A stretch of 64,000 nucleotides of DNA from an uncultured Bacillota bacterium. GTDB taxonomy: Bacteria > Sysuimicrobiota > Sysuimicrobiia > Sysuimicrobiales > Segetimicrobiaceae. A program made the position numbers and the translations under genes. Under the pieces are notes generated by a model. It made no database searches. It worked only from the letters and a program-made list of their open reading frames with translations, and was not told where the DNA came from. Shown here piece after piece: positions 40,544-51,185 of this stretch (its first letter is position 1; every line of letters begins with the position of its first letter). Location of the stretch: positions 64,001 through 128,000 of the forward strand of contig CAWDRG010000010.1 in the NCBI GenBank assembly GCA_963804645.1, given 5' to 3'.

Positions 40544-41430
40544 GCGCCGCCGCGCCGGCGCTGCCGGCCGTCGCGGCCCCGGAACGCGTGCGGTCGTCAC
40601 GCGTCCGGCGGCGCCTCCTCTGGTGGAGCGCCGTCCTCGCCGCGTTCGCGGTCATCGCGATCGTCGGGCCCGTCGCGGTCCCGTACGATCCGATCACGGT
40701 CCGCCTCGGCGACCGCCTCCTGCCGCCCGGCGCGCACGTCTCCGACGGCTCGCGGGCGTGGCTCGGCACCGACCAGGTGGGCAAGGACCTCGTCGCCCAA
40801 GTCCTGCAGGGCGCGCGGATCTCGCTCGTCGTCGGCGTCTCGACGGTGGTGGTTGCCGGCCTGTTCGGCCTGGCCGTCGGGGTGGTCGGCGGCTACCGTG
40901 GGGGTGCGTTCGACACGATCATGATGCGGCTCGCGGACCTTCAGCTCGCGTTTCCGTCGATCCTGCTCGCGATCCTCATCGCCGCGGTCCTCGGGCGGAG
41001 CGTCGCGAACGTGATCATCACGCTGTCGGTGACCCGCTGGGTCGTGTTCGCGCGGGTCGCACGCGCGTCGTCGCTCGTCACGCGGGAGCGCGAGTTCGTA
41101 ACGGCCGCGCTCGCCACCGGGGCCGGCACCCTGCGCCTGATCGGCCGGCACATCATGCCGTTCGCGCTCACGCCCCTGATCGTCATCGCCACCGTGGATC
41201 TCGGCCTGGTGATGCTCGCGGAGGCCTCGCTGAGCTTTCTCGGGCTCGGCACGACGCCGGCCCATCCGTCGTGGGGCCTCATCATCGCGACCGGGCGCGA
41301 TTATCTGACGACGGCATGGTGGATCTCGACGATCCCCGGCCTGGCCCTGAGCCTCGTCGTGCTCGCGGTGGGGCAGTTCGGGGATGCGGTGCGGGACGCG
41401 CTCGATCCCCGGTCGGTGACGGGCACCTAG
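40540..41430 (+). CDS. ABC permease, DppC-like
   Basis: LGTDQVGKD, EASLSFLGLG and PSWG. The ATG overlaps the previous stop. Confidence 0.92.
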   Translation: MSAAAPALPAVAAPERVRSSRVRRRLLWWSAVLAAFAVIAIVGPVAVPYDPITVRLGDRLLPPGAHVSDGSRAWLGTDQVGKDLVAQVLQGARISLVVGVSTVVVAGLFGLAVGVVGGYRGGAFDTIMMRLADLQLAFPSILLAILIAAVLGRSVANVIITLSVTRWVVFARVARASSLVTREREFVTAALATGAGTLRLIGRHIMPFALTPLIVIATVDLGLVMLAEASLSFLGLGTTPAHPSWGLIIATGRDYLTTAWWISTIPGLALSLVVLAVGQFGDAVRDALDPRSVTGT

Positions 41431-41443
41431 AAGGAGGCAGAAC

Positions 41444-42434
41444 GTGGAGAGCCGGACGTTCGGGCAGACGGCACTGCGGTCGTCGGTGATCGGCCTCGGC
41501 ACGTGGCCGATCGGAGGCGCCCGGTACGGCCAGAGCGACGACCGCGACGCGCTGCGCGCGATCGCCGCGGCGCTGGACGCGGGCGTGACCTGCTTCGACA
41601 CGGCACCCTCGTACGGCGCCGGCCACGCCGAGGAGCTGCTCGGACGGGCCCTCGCCGGCCGGCGCGCCGACGCGGTGATCGTCACCAAGGGCGGCCTGGT
41701 CTGGGACGAGGGAAGCCACGTGCTCGGGCGCGACAGCCGCCGGGAGGCGATCGAGTCCCATCTCGCCGGCAGCCTCACGCGGCTCGCGACCGACTACGTC
41801 GACCTGTACCTCGTGCACTGGCCGGACCCGGCGGTCCCGCTGGAGGACGTGATGGGGACGCTCGAGGGCTTCGTGCAGAGCGGACGCGCGCGCTACGTCG
41901 GCGTCTCGAACTTCACCGGCGCCCAGCTGCGCGCGTCCGCCCCGGCGCTGCGCACGACGCGGCTGGCCGCGGACCAGGTGAGCCTGAGCCTGTTCGACCA
42001 GCGGTGGATGCGGGACGTGTTCCCGGCGTGCGAGGACCTCGGGATCGGGGTCATGGCCTACGGCCCGCTCGCGCACGGGCTGCTCACCGGGGCGCTCACC
42101 CGGTCCACCGTGTTCGACGAGGCCGACTGGCGGCGCAGCGGCACCCTGTTCGGACAGGCGCTGCTGACGCCCGGCAACTTCGAGCGCAACCTCGACGTCG
42201 TCGACCGGCTCGCGGAGATCGCCCGCGAGCGCCGGGCTCACGCTCCCGCAGCTCGCGATCGCATGGGTGCTCTCGCACCGCCCGGTCACGGTGGCGCTGA
42301 TCGGCGCCCGAACGCCCGCGGAGATCACGCAGGCCGCGGGCGCCGCGGGCGCGCGGCTCACGGACGACATGCGGGAGCAGATCGACACGATCATGCGCGA
42401 CGCGGCCGGGCTCTCCACGGTGCTGCCCACGTAG
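41444..42434 (+). CDS. Aldo/keto reductase (frameshift near 42232)
   Basis: GLGTW, FDTAPSYG, VTKGG, DLYLVHWPD, GVSNF and YGPLAHGLLTG. The C-terminus QLAIAWVL...IGARTP is in another frame. Confidence 0.87.
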
Positions 42435-42504
42435 CCGAAAGCGCGGATCACCTGACCCCGTATCGAACACTGGGGGGCCGGTCGTTTCCGCGGAGGTGGG
42501 ATCG

Positions 42505-43427
42505 ATGACGCGCTCGCTGGCCCGCTGTGCCGTCGCGGCGCTCGTACTGGTCCTTGCGGGCGCAAACCCGATCGCCCCCCGGACGGCCGCCGCGGCCCTC
42601 CCAGTGAGCTTCAAGTGGGCGGTGCCGATCCATATCACGTTCACGGAGCATTTCCTCGCCGGCCGCGAGCCGGAGGTCGACCTCCGGCCGGCGATCGTGA
42701 AGCGCGGACTCGCGATACGCGACCAGGGCAACCGCGGCACATGCACCGTCTTCGCCACGACGTTCCTGATCGAATATCGAGCGGGCCGGGATCACCGGCG
42801 CGCACGGCGCCGCGGATGCGCTGTCGGAGGAGTATCTCAACTGGGCCGGCAACAAGGCGACGGGCGAGGACGCCGACGGCGGGTTCTTCACGAAGTTCAT
42901 CGCCGGCTACAAGGCGTGGGGGATCGCCAAGAGCGCGAGCATGCCGTACCGGGCGACCTACAATCCCGCGCATCCCGCGACGCCGAGCGCGTCGACCATC
43001 GCCGCCGCCAAGGCGCTGTTTCCGGTGCGCTATCCGTTCACGATCCTCAAGGTCTGGAACGATCAGGTGGGGATGACCAGCGCGGAGCTGCAGCACGCGC
43101 TCGCCGCGCTGCGGTCCGGCCGTCCCGTGGCCACGGGGATCTGGTGGCTGACGAACTTCGCCACGGTGACCGTCGACGGCGTCCCGCTGCTCAAGGACTA
43201 TCCCCGCAGCGCCAACAACACGCGCGAATCCCCCGATGTTCGACGGCCATTCCATCGACCTCGTCGGCTTCCGCGAGTCGAGCGCGTTCCCCGGCGGCGG
43301 GTACTTCATCTTCCGGAACAGCTTCGGGCCGAGCTTCGGCAACCACGGGTACGGGTTTGTCTCGTTCCAGTACCTCCGCACGTATTCGAACGACGCCATC
43401 GCGATCTCGCCGCCGCCCTGGCGGTAG
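42505..43427 (+). CDS. Secreted papain-like C1 cysteine peptidase (frameshifts near 42800 and 43225)
   Basis: Signal peptide, then DQGNRGTC, LSEEYL, FDGHSIDLVG and FRNSFG across three frames. Confidence 0.75.
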
Positions 43428-43467
43428 GTCGCCGCATCGCGACACACACGCACGAGGAGGCGCGTCG

Positions 43468-44867
43468 ATGAGCGAGACCGTGTCCTACCGCAAGACTCTG
43501 CCGGTCGCGGCCGCGGCCGAGGTCCTGGTCGTCGGCAGCGGCCCCGCGGGGCTCGGCGCGGCGATCGCCAGCGCGCGGAACGGCGCCCGCACGCTGCTCG
43601 TCGAACGCTACGGGTTTCTCGGCGGCAATCTCACCGCGGGGCTCGTCGGGCCGTGCATGACGTCCTACAGCCTCGACGGCCAGACGCAGCTCATCAAGGG
43701 GATCTTCGAGGAGATGGTGCTCCGGATGGAGCGGATCGGCGGCGCGATCCATCCGTCGAAGGTCGCGAGGAGCACCCCGTACTGCGGCTTCATCGAGTAC
43801 GGGCACGACAAGGTCACGCCTTTGAGCCGGAGGCCGCGAAGCTCGTCGCGATGGAGATGTGCCTCGAGGCGGGGGTCGCCCTGCGCCTCCACACGTTCGT
43901 GGTGGACGCGGTGCTGGACGGCGCGGCGCTCACGGGGGTGGTCGCGGCCAGCAAGTCGGGCCTCGAGGTGCTGCGCGGGACCGTCACCGTGGACTGCTCG
44001 GCCGACGGGGACGTCGCCGCGCGCGCCGGGGTGCCGTTCGAGATCGGCCGCGCGGAGGACGGCTGGACGCAGCCGATGACCCTGTTCTTCCGGGTGCGCG
44101 GGGTCGACGACGAGCGCGTCGCGGCCTACTGCGCGGCGCACCCCGAGGACTACCGCCCGTTCTCGTCGCTGGTGCAGCAGGCGCGGGAGCGCGGCGAGTT
44201 CTCGATCCCGCGCCGCGGCGTCGGCCTGTACAAGACGCTGACGCCGGGGGTGTGGCGGATCAACACGACGCGCGTCCAGCGGCTCACCGCAACGAGCGCC
44301 GACGATCTGACGCGGGCGGAGATCGAGGGCCGCCGGCAGGCGCAGGAGCTCCTCGCGTTCTTCCGCAAATGGCTGCCGGGCTTCGAACGGTCCGAGCTGC
44401 TCGACACGGCGACGCAGATCGGCGTCCGCGAGTCGCGGCGGATCGCCGGAGAGCACACGCTCACGCTCGAGGACCTCGCCGCGGGGCGGGAGTTCGACGA
44501 CGTGATTGCGCTCGCCGGCTATCCGGTGGACATCCACAGCCCGACCGACGACGGCGGCGGCGCCACGGGAGAGCTCGCGATCGCGAACATCTACGAGATC
44601 CCGTACCGGTCGCTCGTTCCGCTGCGCGTGGAGCAGCTGCTCGTCGCCGGCCGGGCGCTGTCTGCGACCCACGAGGCGCTCGGGGCGGTTCGCGTCATGC
44701 CTCCCGCGATGGCCACGGGCGAAGCGGCGGGCACCGCGGCGGCCATCGCGGTCGCCGACGGCGTGCTGCCGCGCCGCGTCCCCGTGAGCACGCTGCAGGC
44801 GCGGCTCGTCCGCCAGGGCGCGTATCTCGGGGAGCGGATCGCAAAGCGGGTCGGGGTGACCGCCTAG
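43468..44867 (+). CDS. FAD-dependent oxidoreductase (FAD_oxidored family; frameshift near 43820)
   Basis: VVGSGPAG, VDCSADGDVA, GVRESRRI, YEIPYRSLVP and AMATGEAAG. Confidence 0.85.
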
Positions 44868-44984
44868 CGGACCGGGACGCCGTGCAGCCGCAGCCGAGGT
44901 GACGCGGCTGAGTCGCCCCCGGCGGAGCGAAGCGGGCGCAGCCCAAGAACCCCGCGCCGAATCGCCGCGACCAGGGGGACAGGG

Positions 44985-45854
44985 ATGACCGTCGCACTCG
45001 TCACGGGAACCAGCACCGGCATCGGCCAGGCCGCCGCCCTGCATCTCGCACGGCAGGGGATCGACGTCCATGCCGGTCTGCGCACCCTCGAATCCGGCGC
45101 GGACCTTCTGAAGTGCGCGTCGACCGAATCACTGCGCGTCACGCCCGTCGTGCTCGACGTCAATGACGACGACTCGGTCCGCCAGGGCGTGCAGACGGTG
45201 CTGGACGCAGCGGGGCGCATCGATGTGCTCGTCAATAACGCCGGAGTGGGCGGCGGTGGGGCCATCGAAGACGTGCCGCTCGATTTCGCGAAGCGCCTGT
45301 TCGAGACGAACTACTTCGGCGCGATCCGAATGATCCGGGCGGTACTTCCCAGCATGCGTGCGCGCCGCACCGGCGCCATTGTGAACGTGAGTTCCGCAGC
45401 AGGGCGCGTGCCACTCGCGGGGCACGGACACTACTCGGCGTCCAAGCACGCACTCGGGGCCGCCAGCCTCATCCTCGCACAGGAAGTGCGTGCGCACGGG
45501 ATCCGGGTGGTCGTGATCGAACCTGGCGTTATCCCCACGCCCATCTGGAGCAAAGCCGTGCGCCTGACCGACGAGGCTTCACCCTACTACGATCACCGAC
45601 GCCGTCTGCAGCTGCTCTTTCAAAAGCTCCTCTTGGGCAGCCCAGCATCGCCGCAGGCGGTGGCGGAGGTCATCGCAGACGCGATCACCACCGAACGACC
45701 CCGGTTCCGGTACTTGGTGGGGGCCGATGCGGAAGCGCTCGTGCAGGGCCGCAGCGCACTCTCAGATGAAGACGTGATCGAGGACGCGCGGGCGATGTCC
45801 GACGCCGAGCATATCGAGATGATGCGGCGTCGCTACGGCATCGACCTCTCCTAA
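44985..45854 (+). CDS. Short-chain dehydrogenase/reductase
   Basis: TGTSTGIG, NNAG and YSASK. Confidence 0.9.
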   Translation: MTVALVTGTSTGIGQAAALHLARQGIDVHAGLRTLESGADLLKCASTESLRVTPVVLDVNDDDSVRQGVQTVLDAAGRIDVLVNNAGVGGGGAIEDVPLDFAKRLFETNYFGAIRMIRAVLPSMRARRTGAIVNVSSAAGRVPLAGHGHYSASKHALGAASLILAQEVRAHGIRVVVIEPGVIPTPIWSKAVRLTDEASPYYDHRRRLQLLFQKLLLGSPASPQAVAEVIADAITTERPRFRYLVGADAEALVQGRSALSDEDVIEDARAMSDAEHIEMMRRRYGIDLS

Positions 45855-45919
45855 CACCAGAGAACGGCGGACGCCTGCGCGTCCTCGCGCGACCGCGGAT
45901 CGATTCCGACGCACAGCGC

Positions 45920-46540
45920 TCAGGCGTGCGCGAGGCGCCGTCTGAGCTCCCCCATCGGCTCGCCGCCGGCGAAGTGCAGCGTGCGCAGCCCGAGCGCGGC
46001 GGCGCCCTCGAGGTTCTCCCGGCGGTCGTCGACGAACAGCGCCCGCTCGGGCGCCACGCCGAGACGCACGAGGCACGCCTCGTAGATCCGCCGGTCGGGC
46101 TTGTTGCAGCCCACCTCACACGACGCCACGACCGCGTCGAAGATGCGCTCGGGCCTGCGGTCGGCGCGGATGTGCGCCAGCAGCTCAGGCGGACAGTTCG
46201 AGAGGATGGCGGTGCGCAGGCCCGCGGCATGGGCGTCGCGCGCGAGGTCCCACAGCTCCTCGCGGTAGCGCGTCCACGACTGCACGTCGAGCGCGATCAG
46301 CTGCGCCACGGTCTCCCCGACGACGGCCGACGGCCGCCCGACCGCGGTCAGCACCCGCCGCCAGTACGCCTCGGCGGTCAGCCCGCCGCCGTCGTATCCC
46401 TCGCGGTGCCGCCAGTACGCGGTCCGCAGCGGCTCCACGAGCACGCCGGCCACGCGCGCCATGGTTTCGACGCTCTCGGCCCGCTGCGGCCACGTCAGCA
46501 CTTCGCCAAAATCCAGGATGAGCGCGTCGAGCGGCTCCAC
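45920..46540 (-). CDS. HAD family phosphatase
   Basis: LILDFGEVL, ILSN, KPD and FVDD. Confidence 0.85.
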   Translation of the reverse strand: MEPLDALILDFGEVLTWPQRAESVETMARVAGVLVEPLRTAYWRHREGYDGGGLTAEAYWRRVLTAVGRPSAVVGETVAQLIALDVQSWTRYREELWDLARDAHAAGLRTAILSNCPPELLAHIRADRRPERIFDAVVASCEVGCNKPDRRIYEACLVRLGVAPERALFVDDRRENLEGAAALGLRTLHFAGGEPMGELRRRLAHA

Positions 46541-46554
46541 GGCGCCGTGTCCGC

Positions 46555-47280
46555 CTAACTCTGCCGCGTCTTGCGCCACTCGAGGAAGCGCTGCTCGATC
46601 TCGGCGCCCATGGGGTACAAACCGTCCAGCGACGCCCCGCGCGAGAGCATCAATCGGATGTACTCCTCCCGGTCTTCGTGCAGGAGGACGTCGTCCACCA
46701 CGTCCGCGACCATCGCCAGCGGAATCACGACGACCCCGTCGTCGTCGCCCAGGATGATGTCGCCCGGGCAGACCAGCGCCCCGGCGCACCCGATGGGGAC
46801 GTTGTAGTCGACGTTGAACACGCTGCCGCCGGGGCTCGCGCTGCCCAGACAAAAGATGGGGATGTTCTTCTCGAGCATGTGCGGCGAGTCGCGCACGCAC
46901 ATGTCCGAGACGATGCCGGCGGCGCCTTTCATCTTGATGCGCAGCGTCAGGAGGTCCCCAAACAGCCCCTCGTTCGTGGCGCCTCGCCCGTCCAGCACGA
47001 CGACGTCGCCCGGCTTGATCGCCTCGATCGCGTCGTCGGGATGCCCAGGGAACAGGGTCCCCCGCACGTAGGCGATCGGCTGCAGATCGTCCCGGCCGGG
47101 CACGCTCCTGATCGTGAGCGCCGGACCCACCGTTTTCATGCCGCGCACCAGCGGCTTGATGGGCATCCAGATGTTCTTGATGCCCCGGCGCCTGAAGATC
47201 GTGGTCAGGGTCGCGGAGCTCGCCCGGCTCAATACCTTGATCGTGTCCGCGCTCGGTCGCGGAAACTCCGGTCCGTGCAT
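46555..47280 (-). CDS. RraA-like / HMG aldolase family protein
   Basis: VGPALTI, FGDLL, VRD and GDIILGDDDGVVVIP. AAGGAG RBS. Confidence 0.83.
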   Translation of the reverse strand: MHGPEFPRPSADTIKVLSRASSATLTTIFRRRGIKNIWMPIKPLVRGMKTVGPALTIRSVPGRDDLQPIAYVRGTLFPGHPDDAIEAIKPGDVVVLDGRGATNEGLFGDLLTLRIKMKGAAGIVSDMCVRDSPHMLEKNIPIFCLGSASPGGSVFNVDYNVPIGCAGALVCPGDIILGDDDGVVVIPLAMVADVVDDVLLHEDREEYIRLMLSRGASLDGLYPMGAEIEQRFLEWRKTRQS

Positions 47281-47536
47281 GGGTGCGTTCTCCTTGACCT
47301 CGATGATCCGGCCGTCATCGGATCCGGGCCGGGCGCGTGTCGATCGCCTTACGGGGTGCCTACAGATGTCATCATACCACCGCGCCGGTGCGGTTCGGTC
47401 GGATCGCGCGATAGCGTCGCCGCGATCGGCCGCTCGGCGCATTCGACCGCACGCGTGCCGGCAAGGAATCGGTGCGGCCGCGACTAACCCGAGAGTGCGG
47501 GCGCGTACGGCCGCGCCGTTCGGAAGGGAGATCGAG

Positions 47537-48661
47537 ATGCGCGTTGAGACCGTGCGGGCGATCCCGCTGCTGGCCACGCTGGACACGCCGCAGCGGACCG
47601 GGGTCGCGACCTATACGAAGCTCGGCGTCACACTGGTCGAGATCCGCACGGACACGGGGCTCGTGGGGTACGGCGAGTGCGTCGGACGGTATGCCCCGCG
47701 CATCTGGGCGGCGATCGTCGACGATCTGCTCGCGCCGCTCGTGGTGCACCAGGACCCCTTCGACACCGAGCGGCTGTGGGCGCACATGTTCCGGGATCTT
47801 CGGTCCTTCAGCGGCCACAGCCGCGGCATGCTGGTCGAGGCGATCGCCGGCGTCGACATCGCGCTCTGGGACCTGAAGGGGAAGGCGACGGGGCTGCCGC
47901 TCTACGCGCTGCTGGGCGGCGCCGTCCGGACGCGGCTCACGGCCTACGCGTCATCCGTCATGGTGCGCGAGCCCGAGGCGATGACCGCCGATGCGGTGGG
48001 CCTCGTCGCGCAGGGGTTCCGCGCGATGAAAGTCAAGATCGGCGCCGGCGTGGAGCACGATGCCGCGATCGTCCGCAGCATCCGCGGCGCGGTGGGCGAC
48101 CACATCGACATCATGCTGGACGCCAACGGAGCCTACCGGGCCGCGGAGGCGATCGACCTGATCCGCCGGATCGAGGACTGCCGGATCACCTGGCTCGAGG
48201 AGCCGACCGTGGCGGACGACCTCGACGGGTACCGCCGCATCCGCGCGGCCACCGGGATGGCCATCGCCGCGGGCGAGGGCGAGTTCACCCGGTTCGGCGC
48301 CCGCGACCTCCTCGCCGCCGGCGTCATCGACGTCATCCAGCCGGACGTCGCCCGGGCGGGCGGGATCAGCGAGACCCGCAAGATCGTGGATCTCGCGAGC
48401 GCCCACCACGTGGCGTACGCCCCCCACGTGGGGTTCTCGTCGATCGTGTGCGCCGCCGCGACGCTGCACCTGGCCGCCGCGGCCACGACCTTCCTCACCT
48501 ACGAGTGCATGTACACGCGGAATCCGCTGCGGGAGCGCTTGGCGACGACTCCGGTCGGCGGGCCGGCGCAGATGATCGATGGGCAGGTCCCCGTCCCGCA
48601 GGCGCCGGGCCTCGGGATCGAGATCGACCCCGACGCCCTGGCCTACTACACGGCGGGGTGA
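47537..48661 (+). CDS. Mandelate racemase/muconate lactonizing enzyme family (probable acid-sugar dehydratase)
   Basis: DIALWDLKGK, KVKIG, DAN, WLEEP, GE, QPD and PH. Confidence 0.9.
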   Translation: MRVETVRAIPLLATLDTPQRTGVATYTKLGVTLVEIRTDTGLVGYGECVGRYAPRIWAAIVDDLLAPLVVHQDPFDTERLWAHMFRDLRSFSGHSRGMLVEAIAGVDIALWDLKGKATGLPLYALLGGAVRTRLTAYASSVMVREPEAMTADAVGLVAQGFRAMKVKIGAGVEHDAAIVRSIRGAVGDHIDIMLDANGAYRAAEAIDLIRRIEDCRITWLEEPTVADDLDGYRRIRAATGMAIAAGEGEFTRFGARDLLAAGVIDVIQPDVARAGGISETRKIVDLASAHHVAYAPHVGFSSIVCAAATLHLAAAATTFLTYECMYTRNPLRERLATTPVGGPAQMIDGQVPVPQAPGLGIEIDPDALAYYTAG

Positions 48662-48707
48662 ACCGGGCGCCGACCGAGGTCGGCGCCGGACAGCGTCGCG
48701 CGACGGC

Positions 48708-49706
48708 TCAGCGGGCCCGCGGCATCCGGAGGACGGGGGCGCCGAGCACGTCGGCGTTCACCACGCGCACCGGCGCCCCGGCCAGAAACGCCCGGATGTC
48801 ATCGACCGCGCCGCCGTAGGCCTCCCGGTAGCCCTCGACCGTCACGTATCCGAGATGAGGCGTCAGCACGACGTTGGCCGTGCGGCGCAAGGGATGGTCC
48901 GCCGGCAGCGGTTCCTGATCGAAAACGTCGAGCGCCGCGCCCGCGATCGTCCCCGCGCGGAGGGCGTCGAGCAGCGCGCCCTCGTCGATGATCGGCCCGC
49001 GCGAGGTATTGACGAGGAACGCGGTCGGCCGCATCCGGGCCAGCTCCTGCGCCCCGATCAGCCCCACCGTCCGCGGGCTCAGGCGCAGGTGGATCGTCAC
49101 CACGTCCGAGCGCCCCAGCAGCTCGTCCTTGGACACGAGCGCCGCGCCGCACTCGGCGGCGCGCGCGGCCGTCAGGTTTTGGCTCCACGCGACGACCGTC
49201 ATCCCGAACGCCGCGCCGATCGCCGCAACCTGCGCGCCGAGCCGGCCGAGCCCGACGACGCCGAGCGTCTTGCCGCGGAGCCCCGATCCCACGGTCATCT
49301 GCCACCGGCCCTCCCGCACCGCCTGATGCTCCTGCGGGATGCGCCGCGCGAACGCGAGGATCAGTCCCCACGTCAGCTCGGCCGTGGGATACGGCAGCAT
49401 CGGGGTGCCGCTCACCACGATGCCGAGCCGGGTCGCGGCGCCCAGGTCGATGGCGGCGTTGCCCATGCCGGTCGTGATCAGCAGGCGCAGCATCGGCAGC
49501 CGGCCGAGCAGGCCGGCGCCGAACGGGGTCCGCTCGCGCATCGCAACGACGATCTCGAACGGCGCGAGCCGCGCGGCGATCTCGCCCTCGTCCGTCAGGT
49601 GATCGCGAAACGTCTCGACGCGCACCTCCGAGCCGAGCCCGTCCCACGGGGCCATCAAGAGCGCCGCGCCCTGGTAGTCGTCGAGCACCGCGACACGGGT
49701 CACCAT
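48708..49706 (-). CDS. D-2-hydroxyacid dehydrogenase
   Basis: VAVLDDYQ, MRERTP, GLGRLG, NTSRG and TPHLG. Confidence 0.9.
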   Translation of the reverse strand: MVTRVAVLDDYQGAALLMAPWDGLGSEVRVETFRDHLTDEGEIAARLAPFEIVVAMRERTPFGAGLLGRLPMLRLLITTGMGNAAIDLGAATRLGIVVSGTPMLPYPTAELTWGLILAFARRIPQEHQAVREGRWQMTVGSGLRGKTLGVVGLGRLGAQVAAIGAAFGMTVVAWSQNLTAARAAECGAALVSKDELLGRSDVVTIHLRLSPRTVGLIGAQELARMRPTAFLVNTSRGPIIDEGALLDALRAGTIAGAALDVFDQEPLPADHPLRRTANVVLTPHLGYVTVEGYREAYGGAVDDIRAFLAGAPVRVVNADVLGAPVLRMPRAR

Positions 49707-49764
49707 CCCGCCACCTCCACGTCGGCGTCCGGGAACCCCGGCCGTGAGCCACCCGGGGCCGGAC

Positions 49765-51078
49765 TCATGCCGGGGGCTCCGGAATCGGCTCGATCCGGCC
49801 GAGCAGGAACAGGTAGCACAGGATCCCGATCAGCAGCACCCCGCCGGCGGCGAGGAAGGCGTTCGCGAACGAGTTGGTGGCGCCCACAATGAATCCCGTG
49901 ACGGCCGGGGCGACCCCGCCCATGATGTTGTTGCCGAAGTTCATAATCCCGCCGACGGTCCCAACGCTTTCCTTGGGCGCGACGAGGCCGGGGAGCGACC
50001 AGCCCACAGGCGACGACGCCGCCAGGCCGCCGAGCGCGATCGAGATCCATGCGATCGCGACGGTGGGGTTCGTCGTGAACGCGGCCCCCAACACCGCGAG
50101 ACCGAGCAGCATGCCGCCGACGAGGATCGTCTTTCGCACGGTCGTCTCGTGCCCGCCCCGCCGGATCAGATGGTCCACGAGCCAGCCGCCTACCACCAGG
50201 TCCGTCACCGTGGCGACGGCCCATGGAATCGTCGTGTACGCCGCCGACGAGAGAATGCTCATGTGCGCGGTCTTGACGAGATAGGCGGGCAGCCAGGTCA
50301 AGAAGAGGTAGAACACGTACCCGTAGGCCGCAAACCCGAGCGTGAGGCCCCATATCTTCGCGTGCCCGAGCAGGTAGCCCACCGGCGCGCCGCGCCGGGC
50401 GTCCGTGGGATCCTCGGGGTGGGCGCCGCCCTCGCGGAGCAGCTCGCGCTCCGCGCCGCCGAGCCACGGATGCTCGCGCGGATTTCGATAGATCCAGTAG
50501 AACGCGAGAAAATAGAGGAAGCTGAGGATCGCCGTCAACCCGAAGCCCCACCGCCACCCGAATCGCGTGATGAAGAACGCCACGAGCGGCACGCCGATGA
50601 CGTTGCTGAACTTGGCCGCCGCGTCGAACAGCGACGTGGCGAGGCTGCGCTCGCGGCGCGGGAACCAGTAGCTCGTCGCCTTCGCGTTGGCGGGAAACAC
50701 CGGCGTCTCGGCGACCCCGAGCAGCGCGCGGGCGGCGATCAAGTGGGACAGACTCGTCGAGAACGCGATCGCCGCGGACGAGACGCTCCACAGAATCGCG
50801 CTCCATCGGCTGATCGTCTTCACGCCGAGCCGGTCCAGCAGGATGCCGCCCGGCACCTGCAGCAGCGCGTACGTCCAGAAGAACGCCCCGAACAGCAGCC
50901 CGAGCTCCGCGGGACCCAAGTGGAACTGCGCGGAGAGCGCCGGCCCCGCGACCGAGAGGTTCACCCGGTCGAAGTAGTTGATGAGGACTCCGACGCCGAG
51001 CAGGACGCCGATCACCCAGCGGAGCCTGCCGGGGCGCGGCGCCGCCGCGGCGCCGGCCTGCTCTGAGATGGTGCTCAT
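49765..51078 (-). CDS. MFS transporter, ACS family (sugar acid)
   Basis: INYFDRVNLS, LGVAE, WFPRRER and LTWLPAYL. Confidence 0.88.
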   Translation of the reverse strand: MSTISEQAGAAAAPRPGRLRWVIGVLLGVGVLINYFDRVNLSVAGPALSAQFHLGPAELGLLFGAFFWTYALLQVPGGILLDRLGVKTISRWSAILWSVSSAAIAFSTSLSHLIAARALLGVAETPVFPANAKATSYWFPRRERSLATSLFDAAAKFSNVIGVPLVAFFITRFGWRWGFGLTAILSFLYFLAFYWIYRNPREHPWLGGAERELLREGGAHPEDPTDARRGAPVGYLLGHAKIWGLTLGFAAYGYVFYLFLTWLPAYLVKTAHMSILSSAAYTTIPWAVATVTDLVVGGWLVDHLIRRGGHETTVRKTILVGGMLLGLAVLGAAFTTNPTVAIAWISIALGGLAASSPVGWSLPGLVAPKESVGTVGGIMNFGNNIMGGVAPAVTGFIVGATNSFANAFLAAGGVLLIGILCYLFLLGRIEPIPEPPA

Positions 51079-51185
51079 CCGCCCGTGTCCCCCTGCGTGT
51101 CGAGGCTGTGTCCGGTCGCGCGCGGGTGCGGCAGGAGCGTGCAGCGCGCCCACTGAGCAATACGGACGCCCGGCCCCGCTCTCCT

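Noticed and set aside
44985..45854. SDR gene as a mobile or foreign element (slightly more A/T-ending codons)
   Set aside because: The shift is mild and unquantified, with no flanking repeats or mobility genes.
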